This document shows positions 23,420 through 36,575 of a stretch of 64,000 nt of DNA, piece by piece. Within the stretch, counting starts at the first letter, position 1. Every line of letters starts with the position of its first letter. The notes below the pieces were generated by a model. The model was not told the DNA's origin, ran no database searches, and was given only the letters and a program-made list of their open reading frames with translations. The position numbers were made by a program, and so were the translations under genes. This DNA is from Octopus sinensis (taxonomy: Eukaryota), in contig NC_042998.1 in NCBI RefSeq assembly GCF_006345805.1, positions 207,576,001 to 207,640,000 on the forward strand. The letters run 5' to 3'.

Positions 23420-23665
23420 TTTTGGGATTTGGTTTGCAAGATTCTTTATATGAGTTGGTGTGTTGAAGCATATTCTGTTGTGTCTGGGGAGAGTCATTCT
23501 CTTTTATTGTCTTATAATTTAACGCACTCACCAGTAAAATTTCCACTTATGTCCTTCTTTATTTCCTTCTTAAAGAAAGAAATAATTGGAAATTTTACCA
23601 TTTTATCAGTGAGTGTGTTAAATTATAAGGCACTAAAAGAGAATGACTCTCCCCAGACACAACAG
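23420..23665. mobile_element. Fold-back element family 'gtgtctggggagagtcat' (copies at 39675-39845 and a single arm at 8137-8265)
   Basis: About 65-bp inverted arms at about 23476-23540 and 23600-23665. Confidence 0.65.
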
Positions 23666-23878
23666 TATATATATATATATGTGTGTGTATCGTTAGCAAT
23701 TTTTTTCCTCCCGTCTTCCCTTCCTTGGACCTTTCCTTTTCCTATGTTTCTGACAAAGAGCTCCGCTCGAAACGTTAAATCCTCTTTCTTTCTTTCCTTT
23801 CCTGAGCGTCCAATAACACTATACTTGTTCCACGTCCTCGCGTTGTTGTGTTTTCTCTTTGTGTTTTCATGTTTGGAT

Positions 23879-23919
<41 letters not shown>

Positions 23920-23963
23920 CTGATCTTTAAAATACTGTTTTCTCTTATTTTCTCATATTTTAG

Positions 23964-24726
23964 CCATGTCATATTTCGCTCTCACATCAAGTCAGGACAA
24001 CCTTGAATCTGAAACAAAAGATACCAACACTCTCAACAAAACCCCATCGGGTCCAGCTGTTCGTTGTGCGGCCACACCTGGTCAAGTCATTTGCAATCAA
24101 GAAAGACAGCCTGACACACTTGACAAAGTCACCCCAAGTCCAGTTGGGTCCAATCAAGCCATCCCCAGTCAAGAAATACGTACAGACTCATTGAAGAAAG
24201 CTACACCAGGTCCACCTATTCTGAGTGTTACCACACCAGGTCAAGCTGTCCTTAAACCAGTAATACCTACTCCACTCACACACAACGAAGTCACTCTTGG
24301 TCCAGTTGTTCTTGGGGTGACCACTCCAGATCAAGCCATTCTCAGTCCAGAAATACACCATCTAGACACACTAAAACCCACTTCAGTTCCAGCTATTCCC
24401 AGTTTAGCAACACCAGATGATTCCGTCCTTAATTCGGTAACCCTTAATCCAGTCACACTAAATAAAGCCACATCAAATTCAGCTATCCTGAGTGTAACCA
24501 CACAAGTCAAGCCATTCTTAATCTAGTAATACCGAGTTCGGTCTCACTCAACAAAATGAAAGCAGGTGTAGTTACTTTCAATCCAGTTCTAACAGATCCA
24601 GTTACACTCAGAGAAGCTAAGCCACACTCAAAGGGTGACAGATACCAAGAGAACAGGGGAAGTCTCAGAGATTATATTTCTGGACCAAAAACAAATGTGG
24701 GCAAATATTCCAAGCTAGAGTTGTGA
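23964..24726 (+). CDS. VWA3A: Probable terminal exon J: Pro/Thr-rich repeat tail; as assembled the frame stops at 24526, and a 1-nt insertion near 24503 would extend it to TGA at 24724-24726
   Basis: Pyrimidine-rich acceptor tctcatattttag|cc gives in-phase G+CC=Ala; 187-codon ORF of imperfect TPGP/TPGQA repeats; the second frame continues the same repeat register. Confidence 0.65.
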
Positions 24727-25449
24727 GCTGATGTATCCTCAACGGGATGGTCATTTGGTGGATGTTGCGAAGTGATATGAACTCAATGTGGTGGTCAGTC
24801 AGTGGAAAGTCATGAGATTATGCATTGTCAATGTGGTGGCTACTTGATGAATAGACATGAGGTGATGAATCCTCAATGTGGTGGTCGGTTAGTGAAGGGT
24901 TGTGAGTTGAAGTGTCCCTACTGTGATGGCCTGTTGGTGGTGGTGGGGGAGGTGGATAAAGATCCACTGAAGTTTCCTCGATGTGGTGGTCAGGAATGTC
25001 GCTGTTTCTAACAACTTTAAATACTCTTTTACTCTTTTACTGGTTTCAGTCATTTGACTGTGGCCATGCTGGAGCACCGCCTTTAGTCAAGCAAATCTAC
25101 CCCAGGACTTATTCCTTGTAAGCCTAGTGCTTATTCTAGTACTTATTCTGTTCTATACATTTCCCAACACACACACACACACACACACACAGGATCCACA
25201 GTAACAATAAGGCAGAGAGCTGGCAGAATCATTAGAATGCCGGGCAAAATGCTTGGCAGTATTTCGTCCATCAGATCCACTGAAGTGACCTTTACCTTTT
25301 CTCCTTTCGGGCCATTAAAATAATTCCCATCTGGGCACTGTGGTTGATGTAATCAACTTATCTGTCCTCCAATGGTGGGTGAGGTTTGTCTTTAAAATAT
25401 AGGCATGGGTTAGGCCTCCCTCTGTATCAACAGATATCCCATTAATACC

Positions 25450-25820
25450 ATCTGAGCGTGACATCATCCGAGCGTGATCATTGCCAGAGCAGCTATCTGG
25501 CCTCCGTGCTGGTGGCACGTAAAAGACACCATTTGAGTGTGATCATTACCAGCATCGCCTGACTGGCACCTGTGCCGGTGTCATGTGTAAAAGATTCGAG
25601 CGAGATCGTTGCCAGTATCGCCTGACTGGGCCCCGTGCCGGTGGCACGTAAGAGCACCCACTACACTCTCGGAGTGGTTGGCATTAGGAAGGGCATCCAG
25701 CTGTAGAAACTCTACCAGATCAAGATTGAAGCCTGGTGCACCCATCTGGTTTGCCGGCCCTCAGTCATTCGTCCAACCCATGCCAGCATGGAAAGTGGAC
25801 GTTAAACGAGGATGATGATG
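25450..25820 (+). mobile_element. RTE LINE 3' end
   Basis: Core motif plus tail. Confidence 0.8.
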
Positions 25821-26239
25821 ACAGAGGGAGTCCTGGAGCCAAAACTTGAAACCAATATCTAGAGTAATAACCCATAAGAGGGAGTTCATTTGGCATATAA
25901 ATTTGGGCATCAGATAACCCAGTAGAAGACTGTGACTCTCTGAAGGGTCTCTTCTTAATAATAAAAAAAACCTTACAGCCCCATTAAATTTTGTGAAGAA
26001 CCCCTAAACTCAGACCTCAAATGCACTTTTGTTCTTCTTTGTAAAATTTCCCTTGAAGGACCTATATATCGTCATGTGTTACATACTGTGAAATATTGTA
26101 TATAGTAATTGTGTCTTCTCTGTATATCGTGGGTTTCTGCGGCATTTAGGTTTTTTTATATATTTCTAGATTTTAATTATTTTTGTGGTAATAGCACCAC
26201 CTGATAGGATTATCTAAATCCTTTTTAAGTCAAGTTTTG

Positions 26240-26385
26240 TTTATGGTCCATTCAAGTAGTGAGTTCTTGTTGAGTGAGTTGTATCCAGGTATGAGTGGCT
26301 TATCCGGTATTCCTTGAAGAAATCTGTCCAGACTCCATTTAAAGGTGATGGGATCCTTTTCCTCTTTGATCTCTTTCGATTGAGC
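26240..26385 (-). mobile_element. LINE (CR1/Jockey-group) ORF C-terminal fragment
   Basis: Translates as FKWSLDRFLQGIPDKPLIPGYNSLNKNSLLEW. Confidence 0.55.
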
Positions 26386-27134
26386 TACTATTTCTAGCAG
26401 ATTGATGGGTCATGTAGATGCTCCTTGTCGGCTGAAGTGGTTTGCTGTCCAAGGGCTGAAGGTAGAGACATAGAAAGCATCATAGCTGTGAGGTGTGGTT
26501 TCAATGTGGTGGTCATTTGGTGGAGAGTTGGTAGGTGAGGTGAGCTTGATGGGGTGGTCCTTTGGGGGAGGGTTGTGAGGTAATATGGGCTCAGTGCGGT
26601 GGTCAGTTGGTGGAGAGTTGAAAGATAAAGGAGGACACTCTAGATGGTCACTTCACTCAATCTGCTAGAAATAGAAACCAAAACCTCCCTGAAATCATAC
26701 CCTACCATCTTTTATCAAATAAAAAAGGGGGCTCACTGGATGTGTTCTTGGACGTCCTTAAAAAGACAGGATAAGGTCAGCTAGAAAGCCTCTGACCATC
26801 GGCCTGCTTGTTCTAGGTCAGCCTGAAGCTAAACAACATTGCCATTGTCCTTCAACAGAACCAGCTCACTGCTTCATAACAAGGTGGACCTGACCATGAA
26901 ACGCCAGCGCCCTCTGGATGTCTGTTAATACAAAGGTGGGTAACTGGCTGGCCGTTGGTTCATGCCGACATTTTACGGAGAATGCTCCTCCCACCCATCC
27001 TTGATTTTAGTAAAATGTTAAATAAAACAAAAATTATTTCAAGAAACAAACAAACAAACAAATATAACTTATTAGTTTGAAAAATGGTGAATATCACTTT
27101 TTTTAAAGAAATGTTTTTATTAAATTTGATCCAT

Positions 27135-30100
27135 AACCACCACCACCACCACCACCACCGCCACCGAAACCACCACCACCACCACCACCACCACCACCAC
27201 CACCACCACCACCACCACCACCACCACCACCACCGAAACCACCACCACCACCGACACCACCACCACCACCGACACCAACCACCACCACCACCACCACCAC
27301 CACCAACCACCACCAAACCACCACCAACCACCACCACCCCACCACCACCACCACCACCCCCACCACCACCGAAACCACCACCACCACCGACACCACCACC
27401 ACCACCGACACCACCACCCACCACCACCACCACCACCACCTAACCACCACCACCACACCACCACCACCACCACCACCAACCCACCACCACCACCACCACC
27501 ACCACCGAAACCACCACCACCACGACACCACCACCACCCACCACCACCACCACCCCCACCACCACCACCACCACCGAAACCACACCACCACCACCGACAC
27601 CACCACCACCACCACCACCCCCACCACACGAACCACCACCACCACGACACCACCACCACCACCTACACCACCACCACCACCACCACCACCACCACCACCA
27701 AACCACCACCACCACCACCCACCACCAACCACCACCACCACCAACCACCACCACCACCACCACCACCACCACCACCACCACCACCACCACAAAACCACCA
27801 CCACCACCACCACCACCCCACCACCGAACCACCACCACCGCAAGACCCACCACAACCACCTACACCACCACCACACCACCACCACCACCACCACCACCAC
27901 CGAAACCACCACCACCCCACCACCCACCACCACCACCACCACCACCACCACCACCACCACCACCACCCCACCGAAACCACCACCACCACCCACCACCACC
28001 ACCACCAACCACCACCACCCCCACCACCACCACCCCGCCACCGAACCACCACCCCCACACCACCACCACCCACCACCACCCCACCACCACCACCAACCAA
28101 ACCACCACCACCCCACCACCGACACCACCACCACCACCTACACCACCCCACCACCCACCACCACCACACCACCACCACCCCACCACCACCACCCCCACCA
28201 CCAAAAACACCACCCACCCCCACCACCACCACCACCACCACCGAAACCACCACCACCACACCACACCACCACCACCACATACACCACCACACCACCACCA
28301 CCACCACCACCACACCGAAACCACCACCACCACCACCCACCACCACCACCCCACCACCCACCACCACCACCACCACACCACACCACCACCACCACACCAC
28401 CACACCACCACCACCACCACCAAAACCACCACCACCACCGACACCACCCACCACCACCACCACCACCACCACCACCAAACCACCACCACCACCACCCACA
28501 CCCCACCACACCACCACACCACCACCACCACCCCCACCACCACCACCACCAAACCACCACCACCACCACCACCACACCACCACCACCACCACCACCACCA
28601 CCACACCACCAACCACACCACCACAGACCAAACCAACCACCACCACCACCACCACCACCCCCACCACCACCACCACCACCACCCAAACACACACCACCAC
28701 CACCACCACCACCACCACCACCACACCACCACCCACCACCAACCACCACCACCACCACCAACCTAAACCACCCCACCACCACCACCACACACCACCACCA
28801 CCACCACCACCACCACCTAACCACCACCACCACCACCACCACCACCACCTACACCACCACCACCACCACCACCACCACCACCACCTAAACCACCACCACC
28901 ACCAAACCACCACCACCACCACCACCACCCACCACCACCACCACCAACCACCACCACCACCTACCACCACCACCACCACCACCACCACCACCATCACAAC
29001 CACGACCCCCACCACACCACCCACCACCACCCCCACCACCACCACCACCACCACCACCACCACCTAAACCACCACCACCACCACCACCACCACCACCACC
29101 ACCACCACCACCTAAACCACCACCACCACCACCACCACCTAAACCACCACCACCACCACCCACCACCACCACCACCCCACCACCCAAAACCCCCACCACC
29201 ACCACCACCACCACCACCACCACCACCACCAAAACCACCACCACCACCACCACCACCACCACCACCACCCCACCACCTAAACCACCACCACCCACCACCA
29301 CCAACCACCACCCACCACCAAACCACACCACCACCACCACCACCACCACCCACCACCACCACCACCAAAACCACCACCCACCACCACCACCACCACCACC
29401 ACCCCACCACCACCAAACCACCACCACCACCACCACCAACCACCAACCACCAAAACCACCACCACCACCACCACCACCACCACCACCACCACCACCACCA
29501 CCACCACCACACCACCACCACCACACCACCACCACCACCACCTAAACCACCACCACCACCACCCCACCACCACCACCACCACCAAACACACCACCACCAC
29601 CACACCACCACCACCACCCAAACCACCACCACCACCCACCACCACCCCCACCACCACCACCACCACCACCACCACCACCACCACCACCCACCACCACCAA
29701 CCACCAAACACCACCACCACCACACCACCACCACCAGCCACCACCACAAAACACCACCCCACCACCACCACCACCACCACCACCACCACACCACCCACCA
29801 CCTAAACCACCACCACCACCCCACCACCACCACCACCACCCCAAACCACCACCACCACCCACCACCACCACCACCACCTAAACCACCACCACCACCACCA
29901 CCACCACCACCACCACAACCACCACCACCACCACCACCACCACCACCACCACCACCAAAACACCAACCACCACCACCACCACCACCACACCACCACCACC
30001 ACCTACACACCACCACCACCACCACCACCACCAACCACCACCCACCACCAAAACCACCACCCCCACCACCACCACCACCACACCACCACCACCACCTAAA

Positions 30101-31445
30101 CCCCACCACACCACCACCACCACCACCACCACCACCACCTAACCACCACACCACCACCACCACCACCACCACCACCAAACCCACCCCACCACCACACACC
30201 ACCACCACCACCACCACCACCACCACCACCACCACCACCACCACCACCACCACCCACCACCACACCAAACCACCACCACCACCACCACCAACCACCACCA
30301 AAACCACCACCACCACCACCACCACCACCACCACCACCACCACCACCAAACCACCACCACCACCACCACCCACCACCACCACCACCAAAACCACCACCAC
30401 CTAAACCACCACCACCACCACCACCAAAACCCCCACCACCACCACCACCACCACCACCAACCACCACCACCACCAAAACCACCACCACCACCACCACCAC
30501 CACCACCACCACCACCACCACCACCACCACCACCCACCCCCACCACACCACCACCACCACCACCCACCACCACCACCCCACCACCACGCACCACCACACC
30601 ACCACCCCACCTAAACCACACCACCACCACCACCACCACCACCTAAAACCAACCACCACCACCACCACCACCACCACCTACCACCACCACCTAAACCACC
30701 ACCAACCACCACCACCACCCACCTAAACACCACCCCACCACCCACCACACCACCACCAACAACAAACCACAACAACCAACTTCAACACTACCACCACCAC
30801 CACCACCACCAACACCACCACCACCACCCCACCACCCACCACCACCACCACCAAAACCACCACCACCACCACCACCAACCCACCACCACCACCACACCAC
30901 CACACCACCACCACCACCACCACCACCACCACCACCACCACCACCAACCACCACCACACAACCACCACCACCACCACCACCACCCCCACCACCACCACCA
31001 CCACCACCACCACCAAAACCACCACCACCTAACCACCACCCACCACCCCACCACCGACCACCAAACCACCACCACCACCACCACCACCACCACCACACCG
31101 AAACCACCACCACCACCACCACCACCACCAAACCACCACCACCACCACCACCAACCACCACCACCACCACCGAAACCACCACCACCACCACCACCACCAC
31201 CAAACAACCACCACCGAACCACCACCACCAAACCACCACCACCACCTAAACCACCACCACCACCACCGCCACCACCACCACCGAAACCACCACCACCCAC
31301 CACCACCACCACCACCTAAACCACCACCACCACCACCACCACCCACCACCAAAACCACCACACCACCACCACCACCGAAACCACCACCACCACTCCATCA
31401 CTGCCACCACCACCACCACCACACCACCACCACCACCACCACACC
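27135..31445. repeat. About 4.3-kb degenerate (CCA)n array
   Basis: Seen directly; ccgaaa and cctaaa interruptions and many 1-2 nt indels. Confidence 0.97.
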
Positions 31446-31934
31446 TCTTGTGAAACCCCAGAACATTTTTCGGAAATGTCTTTAAATCAAGATAAAGTCA
31501 GATAATATAACACTTGTAACCTTGATTAGAAACTGGGAAAAACAACAGACAGGATGGTCAAGGAAGGAAGGTCTTCAATCATGGGATTGACAGCAAATTA
31601 TTTTACATGAATCCATTATGAAGGAGTTAATTATGGGTTAATTAAGTTTTATTTGTGAAATAAAGGGTCTCCAGGAATTTGGCCTGGGTGCCAAGGGGGC
31701 TGCAGCCCAAAACAGTTTGGGGACCACTGGTGTAGTAGATAAAGATGGTGGTTAATGAAGTGCAGTTAACTAGAGGTTCTGAGTTCGATCCCTGACAAGG
31801 CACTAAAATAATTCACCAAAAAATTAATTAAAGCAAAAATGTTATGAAGTGCAAAGAATGGACTGAGAACAATGTACCCCCGTGAATCAAATAAAGGGTT
31901 AGGTTTAAAATTCCAATACAACAACCAAGTTTAA

Positions 31935-32157
31935 CCCTTTAGTGTTCGCATTATTCTGCCAAAATTAATGGTTTTTTTATCCACATTGTTTTTAACTAAT
32001 CATGCATTATCTTGTAGATATGAGATTTTGATGAGGTCGCTGTTAATTTTTAAGACGATATTGTAGGGTTGGTGTGAGAGACCAGATCTGGTCAGTTTGA
32101 ACATAAGACAGGCAGAATACTTTTGGCCGGATTATGGCCGGTTTAAATGCCGAAGGG
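31935..32157. mobile_element. piggyBac-like MITE
   Basis: TTAA|CCCTT ... AAGGG|TTAA ends. Confidence 0.7.
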
Positions 32158-32276
32158 TTAATACAAGACATCTGAAGAAGCTTGGAGCATACAACAGCCA
32201 AAACAGAAACACAGAAATAGCAACAACCGAGATGAGAACACGAACCCTACTAATAATATAAATGGTACAGATAATA

Positions 32277-32940
32277 CAGGGTGTGGCAGAAAGGTTGCCC
32301 CGGTTTGAAAGGTTAATAAAAAGGAAACAAATGAAGATACAAGAAAATAAGATGCTCTCCGCTCCAGGCCATGGTGGGTCCTACCGGATACAGAAGGGAA
32401 AATGGCATTTAATGAACTTCATAGAAATACAAAGTTTTAAGGCGGTGAGCTGGCAGAACCGTTAGCACGCCGGGCGAAATGCGTAGCCGTATTTCATCTG
32501 CCGTTACGTTCTGAGTTCAAATTCTGCCGAGGTCGACTTTGCCTTTCATCCTTTTGGGGTCGATAAATAAATTACCTGTTACTCACTGAGCTCGATGTAA
32601 TCAACTTAATCCGTTTGTCTGTCCTTGTTTGTCCCTTCTGTGTTTAGCCCCTTGTGGGCAGTAAAGAAATAGGTATTTCGTCTGCCGTTAGGTTCTGAGT
32701 TCAAATTCTGCTGAGGTCGACTTTGCCTTTCATCCTTTCGGGGTCGATAAATAAATTACCTGTTACTCACTAGGCTCGATATAATCAACTTAATCTCTCT
32801 GTCTGTCCTTGTTTGTCCCCTCTGTGTTTAGCCCCTTGTGGGCAATGAAGAAATAAGAAATACAAAGTTTTTGCTTGCTTCTTTATGTGTTTGCTTTTTA
32901 TTAACCTTTGAAATCTGGGCAACCTTTCTGCCACACCCTG
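32277..32940. mobile_element. Tc1/mariner-type MITE (about 55-bp TIRs, TA TSD) carrying a nested SINE
   Basis: cagggtgtggcagaaaggttgccc.. and ..gggcaacctttctgccacaccctg. Confidence 0.85.
32439..32855 (+). mobile_element. SINE family C (internally duplicated copy) with 16-bp TSD
   Basis: Head ggcggtgagctggcagaa..gagttcaaatt; TSD AGAAATACAAAGTTTT at 32423-32438 and 32856-32871; copies at 7230-7460, 40780-41500, 48810-48990, 51800-52033, 54840-55290. Confidence 0.85.
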
Positions 32941-33149
32941 TATAAATTCCTCATGTCCCTCATATGAAATTGTTCTGGTTTAATAATGACGAAGTTATTT
33001 GACGAAATTCTAAACTATTTTCAAAACTAGAAAAATGGTAAAAAGAGATTAAATTTGTCGTATTTGTATAACTTTAATTTACTGACATTCATAATTAAAA
33101 GAAATAAAACCCACAGAGAAATGTTTGTTTGTTTATTGTTGTTATTATA

Positions 33150-33394
33150 CAGGGTGTTCAAAAAATCTCTCAGAAGTGAATTTGTTTTTTCGCCAAGATG
33201 TGTTTCAAAACATGCGTAGAAGAGTCAACTTATTTATTGAAAATGAAGGACGACACTTTCAACACCTTTTATAAAGTTTTTTAAAGTCTTGTAAAGTCTA
33301 ATATATTCTTTTGTAAGTCTTTATACCATCTTATAAATATAATATTTATTTTGCAATAAAGCACTTACTACTGAGAGACTTTTTGAGCACCCTG
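33150..33394 (+). mobile_element. 245-bp Tc1/mariner deletion derivative
   Basis: TIRs cagggtgttcaaaaaatctctcag and ctgagagactttttgagcaccctg, TA TSD; retains the transposase C-terminus VFQNMRRRVNLFIENEGRHFQHLL*. Confidence 0.85.
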
Positions 33395-33999
33395 TATAAC
33401 TGTACGCCCACCCCAGCAGATTAGCTCTAATCAATCAATCAAGCAGATCCATAATGAAGACAGGCTCCAGCCCTAACCCTCCAATTGTTTTGTTTTTTTA
33501 TATCAGAAACTTCACCGTTGTCTCCTGTATCTTTCTATTATGGCTGGTAACTCTTTATTTATTTGTTTCAGTCATTTGACTGTGGCCATGCTGGAGCACC
33601 ACCCTTAGTCGAACAAATTGACCCCAGGACCTATTCTTTGTAAGCTTGGTACTTGTTCTATCGGTCTCTATTGCTGAACTGCTAGGTTACAGGGCTGTAA
33701 ACACAATAGCATCGGTTGTCAAGTGATGGTGGGTGGGCAAATACACACACACACATACACACGATGGGCTTCTTTCAGTTTCCGTCTACCAAATCCACTC
33801 ACATGGCTTTGATCGGCCTGAGGCTATTGTAGAAGACACTTGCCCAAGGTGTTGCGCAGTGGGACTGAACCTGGAACCATGTGGTTGGGAAGCAAGATTG
33901 TCAGCATAGTTTGTCGTTTACAAAACACGATTTCCAGAACTAGATACAGAACACTCAACCGAAATCCAGCATGTATAAAGTTCTACAAATTATATTTAG

Positions 34000-34480
34000 A
34001 TGTGCCGGCAGCACATAAAAAGCACCTTCCGAAGTTGGCCGATGCCAGCGCTACCTTGACTAGCTTCTGTGCCGGTGGCACATGACCTGCTGTGCTTAAG
34101 GAGACCTATTGAGTCAAGTACATCAACATCAAAATGAATATCAAATGGAAATAGTAGTTGTGATACCTGTGCCGGTGGCACGTAAAAAGCACCATCCGAA
34201 TGTGGCCGATGCCAGCGCGGCCTTGACTGGCTTCTGTGCTGGAAGCACTTAAAAAGCACCAACCGATTGTGGCCACTGCCAGCCTCACCTGGCACCTGTG
34301 CCAGTGGCACGTAACAAGCACCCACTACTCTCACGGAGTGGTTGGCGTTAGGAAGGTCATCCAGCTGTAGAAACACTGCCAGATCAGATTGTAGTCTGGT
34401 GCAGCCTCCTGGCTTCCCAGACCCTGGTCGAACCGTCCAACCCATGCTAGCACGGAAAACGGACGTTAAGTGATGATGAT
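34000..34480 (+). mobile_element. RTE LINE 3' end
   Basis: Core motif plus tail. Confidence 0.8.
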
Positions 34481-34639
34481 GTATCTTTCAAATGCCTTCA
34501 CTTTGGTGCGCTGAGATTGGAAATTACGCTGCAGTTAATAAATTCCAGTAGCTAGATTATGCTGATGATCTTGCAGATGTTTACGTATCCATAAAGGTAA
34601 ATATTAACTAGTGAAATCAATGGTACATACTCTCTCGCT

Positions 34640-35032
34640 CTTTTACTTGTTTCAGTCATTTGACTGCGGCCATGCTGGAGCACCGCCTTTAGTCAATCAA
34701 ATCGACCCTGGGACTTATTCTTTGTAAGCCCAGTACTTATTCTATCACTCTCTTTTGTCGAACCGCTAAGTGACGGGGACGTAAACACACCAGCATTGGT
34801 TGTCAAGCAATGCTAGGGGGACAAACACAGACACACAAACACACACATACATACACATATATATACATATATACGACGGGCTTCTTTCAGTTTCCGTCTA
34901 CCAAATCCACTCACAAGGCATTGGTCGGCCCGGGGCTATAGCAGAAGACACCTGCCCAAGATGCCACGCAGTGGGACTGAACCCGGAACCATGTGGCTGG
35001 TTAGCAAGCTACTTACCACACAGCCACTCCTG
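34640..35032 (-). mobile_element. SINE family B
   Basis: Reverse complement of 35461-35862. Confidence 0.85.
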
Positions 35033-35287
35033 ATTACATAGGTAATCGTTTTTTATTTCATATATTTGTCATGCTTATTTTTACATTTTACTGAGATTTT
35101 TCTTGAGAACACATTTTTCAGGGTAATGGCAATTTGACACTTATGTTTAGCATATTGGGTGTCCACTTTAGAGGTCATTCCTCTAAATTTTGTATGTAAC
35201 ACAATTTTTAATCTTCAGATTTTTTAAATATGCTAAGCCACTGGTTTTAATTAATTAATATCAATTTCTACCCTTATTATTTAATTT

Positions 35288-35378
<91 letters not shown>

Positions 35379-35379
35379 A

Positions 35380-35430
<51 letters not shown>

Positions 35431-35460
35431 TAATATATATATTATATATATATATTATAT

Positions 35461-35862
35461 AGGTGCAGGAGTGGCTGTGTGGTAAGTAGCTTGCTAACCA
35501 ACCACATGGTTCTGGGTCAGTCCCACTGTGTGGCATCTTGGGCAAGTGTCTTCTGCTATAGCCCCAGGCCGACCAATGCCTTGTGAGTGGATTTGGTAGA
35601 CGGAAACTGAAAGAAGCCTGTCGTATATGTATATATATATGTATGTGGGGTGTGTTTGTGTGTCTGTGTTTGTCCCCTAGCATTGCTTGACAACCGATGC
35701 TGGTGTGTTTATGTCCCCGTCACTTAGCGGTTCGGCAAAAAGACCGATAGAATAAGTACTGGGCTTACAAAGAATAAGTCCCGGGGTCGATTTGCTCGAC
35801 TAAAGGCGGTGCTCCAGCATGGCCACAGTCAAATGACTGAAACAAGTAAAAGAGTAAAAGAG
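35461..35862 (+). mobile_element. tRNA-derived SINE, family B, with internal microsatellite
   Basis: Head ggagtggctgtgtggtaag..ggttc..tccc and tail gactgaaacaagtaaaagag; copies at 11820-12222, 22740-23150, 33560-33897, 34640-35032 (minus), 53875-54280 (plus) and many fragments. Confidence 0.85.
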
Positions 35863-36199
35863 TATGTATTTGTATGTCTGTGTTTGTCCTCCGCACCATC
35901 GCTTGACAACTGATGTTGGTGTGTTTACATCCCTATAACTTAGCGGTTCAGGAAAAGTGGCCAACACAATAAGTACTAAGTTTATAACAAATAAGTGCTG
36001 GGGTTGATTTGTTTGACTAAAGGTGGCGCTCCAGCATGGCCAGTAAAAGTATAAAAAGAATAAACGTGATCGTGTGAAAAGTAAAATAAGAATTTTGAAA
36101 GAAATATCTCTAAAAGTAGATTTTAGGCCCCAAATGGCTTTGGGGACCCACCAGAGTAAAATGCTAATCAAAGGGACCCATAGGTAAAAAAATGGTTTC

Positions 36200-36489
36200 C
36201 TTTTGAGTGTTGGACCTTATGGAGGCAATGAAGGAGATCTTTGGTATTATGTTGTACTTGAGAAGAAGAACCATCAACCTCAGCAAAATCACAGTCGTGG
36301 CAGATACTGGTGGCACGTAAAAGCACCCACTACACTCTCAGAGTGTTTGGCATTAGGAAGGGCATCAGGCTGTAGAAATTATGCCAGATCAAGATTGGAG
36401 TTTGATGCTGCCTTCCAGCTTACCAGCCCCAGTCGAACCATCCAACCCATGCCAGCATAGACAACGGATGTTCAACGATGATGATGATG

Positions 36490-36525
<36 letters not shown>

Positions 36526-36530
36526 GATGG

Positions 36531-36572
<42 letters not shown>

Positions 36573-36575
36573 CGA
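36200..36575 (+). mobile_element. RTE LINE 3' end with expanded (GAT)n tail
   Basis: Core motif plus tail. Confidence 0.78.

Noticed and set aside
26960-31361. Many long Val/Gly/Trp or His/Pro/Thr ORFs
   Set aside because: Translations of the (CCA)n array; open frames arise because the repeat lacks stop codons.
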